64,000 nt of DNA from Isurus oxyrinchus. Its lineage: Eukaryota. The DNA is taken from assembly GCA_026770705.1 (NCBI GenBank), contig JANJGN010000034.1, positions 7,254,001-7,318,000 on the forward strand, in the 5' to 3' direction. Numbering within the stretch: the stretch's first letter is position 1; each line of letters begins with the position of its first letter. The notes under the pieces were generated by a model. It did no database searches. It was not told the origin of the DNA and saw only the letters and a list, made by a program, of their open reading frames with translations. This document shows positions 60,690-64,000 of this stretch, in pieces. The position numbers and the translations under genes were made by a program.

Positions 60690-63600
60690 TTGCACTGATT
60701 AGGACACTCGCAAGAACACCAACCTAACGGCAAAACTGCAAGTTATACATAATGTGAAGAGAGTGCTGATTGGTTGGGAAGTGGACTCTGATTGGTCGAG
60801 GTGGCACAACGCAGAATGCACCTATGATAATTACTGACAGTTAACTGCCAAGCATTGCTTGAAATTTAAACCAGGCAGCTTGAACCAGAGTGGTCGATTC
60901 ATAGCTCAGACGAGTGAGTCAGCTTTAACTTATTTTGCTCAGCGATAACAGGCCCAGCCTGTGCACATGTTCCTTCTGCCTGTATGGAACAGGGCTCTCT
61001 GTATTGATGTATGTATTTTCCAGTATGTGCAGTGTGAGCCAGACTGACAGTCTTAAAATGGTTGTTAGCCTAATTCTTACTACATCGAGGATTGTTTCGC
61101 AAATGTTGTCCAATTCTGAATCACATCTAATGTTGGATACTGTACTTTGAATATTGCCAGAACAGGCCACTTGTGTAAGATCTTTACCTTGGCCTTGGTG
61201 AACAACGGCTATGACACGGTATTTCGTATGATCCACCAATCTTGGGGGTGTATGGCCTATATACCTACTATCACACTGGCACTGAAATTGGTATACCACA
61301 TTAGTTTCTTTTGTGTGATAGACAAAGCGTCTTTTTTGATTTGGCGCAGCATTCTGTTAATGGCCAATGCCACTCATGTTTCTACTGCATAGTAGCAGCG
61401 GAAAGCAGCTATCTACATCTGTTGCTCAACTATTTGAGATACCTTGCCTTTCCAGGGTTATCTGATGTCGCCTGGGCGCTTTTCATAGTCGATAGTGACG
61501 GCCTGGGCCCGTTCATGAATTTGTGTGATATCAAGTGCAAAATGATCTCATCGGGTTAGCCATTATCTCGCAGGATGGCACTGATGCACTCTATTTCAGT
61601 ATCAAGTTTGCATGGTGAGCAAATGGCTCGGGCCCTATTTGCAAGTTTGCTAATAAGACCAATCTTATAGCATGTGGAAATGTGAGAATCACAGTGCGGA
61701 TATTGACCAGGGTAGGTAGACTTGTGGTAGATCGTGGTAGAGACCCCTTGGCTGATTTTTCACCTAACACGTGAAGGAAGGGGGGTTAACTTACCTGCTG
61801 CAATTTCAAAGATGAATTTGAGTGCCAGATGAAGCCCATTAAGACATGCAAGAGAACGATTACATGCAGACTTTAATATAAAAAACGTATCAACCACATA
61901 TCAGAAATATTCGAGCGGCAGGAAGTTAGATGTCATTTCACCTAAGACAAGTTTCCTATGGAACACCGCAAAATATTTGCGAGAGCTGGACCTAGAGGGG
62001 ATTCCATGGCAACACCACCTATATTTGAATACATGGTGCCATTAAAACTGAAATCAACAGCGTAATTTTCTGATTCGATATGCACAATGAATATAGATTC
62101 ACGCAAAGGTGGTGGATCTGGAAGGCGGTTATGAAGCAGGAGCACAAATATATATGGCTTCCTTAGGTGGAAGATTGGTGAATTGGCTAACAATGGAAAA
62201 ATGAGCACAGGGACATAGCATTGAAATGCATATATAAGTCCTGTATGGCCTTCGTAAATTTGAAGGAATCCTTCACCATGTATGTGGAAAGATTGGTCAA
62301 AAACTGATTGCAACAATTCATCCAACCATTTGGGCAATTCATATTGCACAGAAAAAGTCATAGCTGATATAAGGGGCTTCACTTTTGTGTGCCTAGGGCA
62401 GCCTATACATATGTGAACGCAGCGAACTGTGAGGATGAATCCTGTCACATATACCATGTGATGCCTTATCTCTCTTAAGACCAGTACAGAAACCTTTAGT
62501 TTAGCTTGCTTTCGAGCAAGGCTCTCCAGCCATGGTCAGCGGCAGGTCCAATAGATAGAAATTTGTACCCAGCATTATGAATGGCGCGAATTTTGTTAAT
62601 ATTGTCACGTTGACTATCCCTGTCAATTTTTCTGGTTTACTGACATATATATCTAGGATGGTCTTAAAGTTGTAAGACATTCGTGTTGCATGTGAAAGTC
62701 AGACAGGTCATTCAGAATCCTTCAACCAACACGTACTAGATCAGCTAGGCTCACTTTCCAGGTTTCAATGTCTTCAGTGGACGCTGGTTTCTGGTGGCAT
62801 CTTGTCAGGAAATACCTTTTGCCGTTTGATTTTCAATGAAGGACATGAAAATAGAAACCACGTGCAAGACTAAACTCCTCGATTTCTTTGAGTGCATGGC
62901 CAGGGAGGCTGGTTACCTGTTTGGTGGCATCATTAGTTGTGTTGCTAAGCCGCTTATACTTAAGTGAGGTTAGGGGCAGACGGTTTCTAACCGGTACTGT
63001 TTATAGTTTAGTAACCAGGTGAACCTGTATAGTGGCATAAACAGATCAAATGCACCCTTTCGTTCACAATGCAAAGTTGATGCTATAATATGGCGCTGTA
63101 TATCATGCAAACTAATGAACGGGCCAAGAGCGTCATTTTCGGCCATGAATTGTGCCCTCTCGAACTCAGATTACCCTGGAAGGGCAAGTTATCTCAAATA
63201 GTTTTAGCAATAGATGTAGATACCTGATTCACGCCTCTACAGTGCAGTAGCAACATGAATGGTATTCGCCAACAGCAGGACGCTGTCGTCAATTCAAAAA
63301 GATGTTCTGCCTATGAAACAAATGAATAATGTGATACATGAGTTTCAGCGTTAGTGTGATTTTAGGTATGTAGGCCCTGTGCCCCAAAGAGTGGCATGCC
63401 ATACAAATCAGCATGTCACAGCCACTTGTTACAATGGGCATTGTGCAGACAGTACCCAACCAGCCAGTCCTGGCAAAACGCAAATCACAGTATCCAACAT
63501 TAGATGTGATTCGGCGATTGGACAGTATTTGTTAAATACTCCTCAGTGTGCTAACAGTTACGCTGACCACCAATTTCAGATTGTCAGTCGGGCGTGGTTG

Positions 63601-63985
63601 TGTGCACTGGGAAATACATATATTAACACAAACAGACCTTGTTCTTTGCAGACAGAAAGATCATGTACACACATTGCAGCAGTTTCAGCCAAACATAATA
63701 AGTTACAGCCATTCGCTGACTCATTCCTCAGGGCCATGCCTTCTACAATCAGTGTCAAACTACTCGGTTTGAATTTCAAGCAATGCTTCGCAGTTAGCTG
63801 TGGGTCAACATCACTGGCGCATTCTCCATGGCAACATCTCCAGCAAACAGAGTTCACTTGCCAAGCAATTATATTTTCTTCACAAACAGATAAACTATTG
63901 TTTCCTCTTATACTGGTATTCTAGATGAGTGTCCAGATGAGCGAAAAACGTAAATCCTTTACATTTCGCTTTTTTCAGCAATACT
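60690..63985. mobile_element. Penelope-like element: minus-strand RT + GIY-YIG, plus an inverted plus-strand copy of the GIY-YIG/3' end
   Basis: ORF 61942-62457(-) 'FSFNGTMYSNIGGVAMESPLGPALANI'; ORF 60925-61299(-) 'VYQFQCQCDSRYIGHT'. 63230-63840(+) is an inverted copy of about 60800-61400 ('tatccaacattagatgtgattc' at 63491 vs 'gaatcacatctaatgttggata' at 61118). Confidence 0.88.
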
Positions 63986-64000
63986 CCAGTTCTGTACTAA

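Noticed and set aside
1-64000. Immunoglobulin/TCR segments with recombination signal sequences
   Set aside because: Scattered CACAGTG heptamers occur (e.g. 16088, 17050, 46508), but I saw no properly spaced nonamers and no V/J/C-like coding segments.

Overview
Eukaryotic, AT-rich, repeat-dense vertebrate DNA; the mix of CR1/L2-type LINEs, Penelope, Harbinger and Deu-type SINE remnants suggests a cartilaginous fish (inference). None of the listed ORFs is an intact gene. The main signal is invisible to the ORF track: 21 plus-strand microexons (12x27 nt, 8x36 nt, 1x15 nt; all ag/gt, all phase 1-1) between 960 and 56391. They splice into one stop-free 209-codon frame: EDQLKGKEK|EIVDFQEKC|KADLEQKDS|QKKVLNNKIQEL|EKTVN|ECKAREKLD|NEEAREKNS|EIMALNKNLQGA|EEKLRQKQK|EMDSLKGFLAQC|EANLKEKSK|EIETLKGQLSDA|GKAFKDKEA|ELQKMRANCQEH|ERELTVKNE|ETRKLKVVLLDC|EQKLTKKNE|EMVKMKDSISEC|EEKLKVKQK|EVDKLKNDLEDC|VLRIANKQK. 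This reads as a long coiled coil built from a 27+36-nt two-exon unit (21 aa, three heptads), with Lys and Cys at core positions. The gene start is not in the window and its end was not securely identified, so its family is unknown. The introns are filled with decayed transposons. Exon coordinates were read base by base; TE boundaries are approximate.
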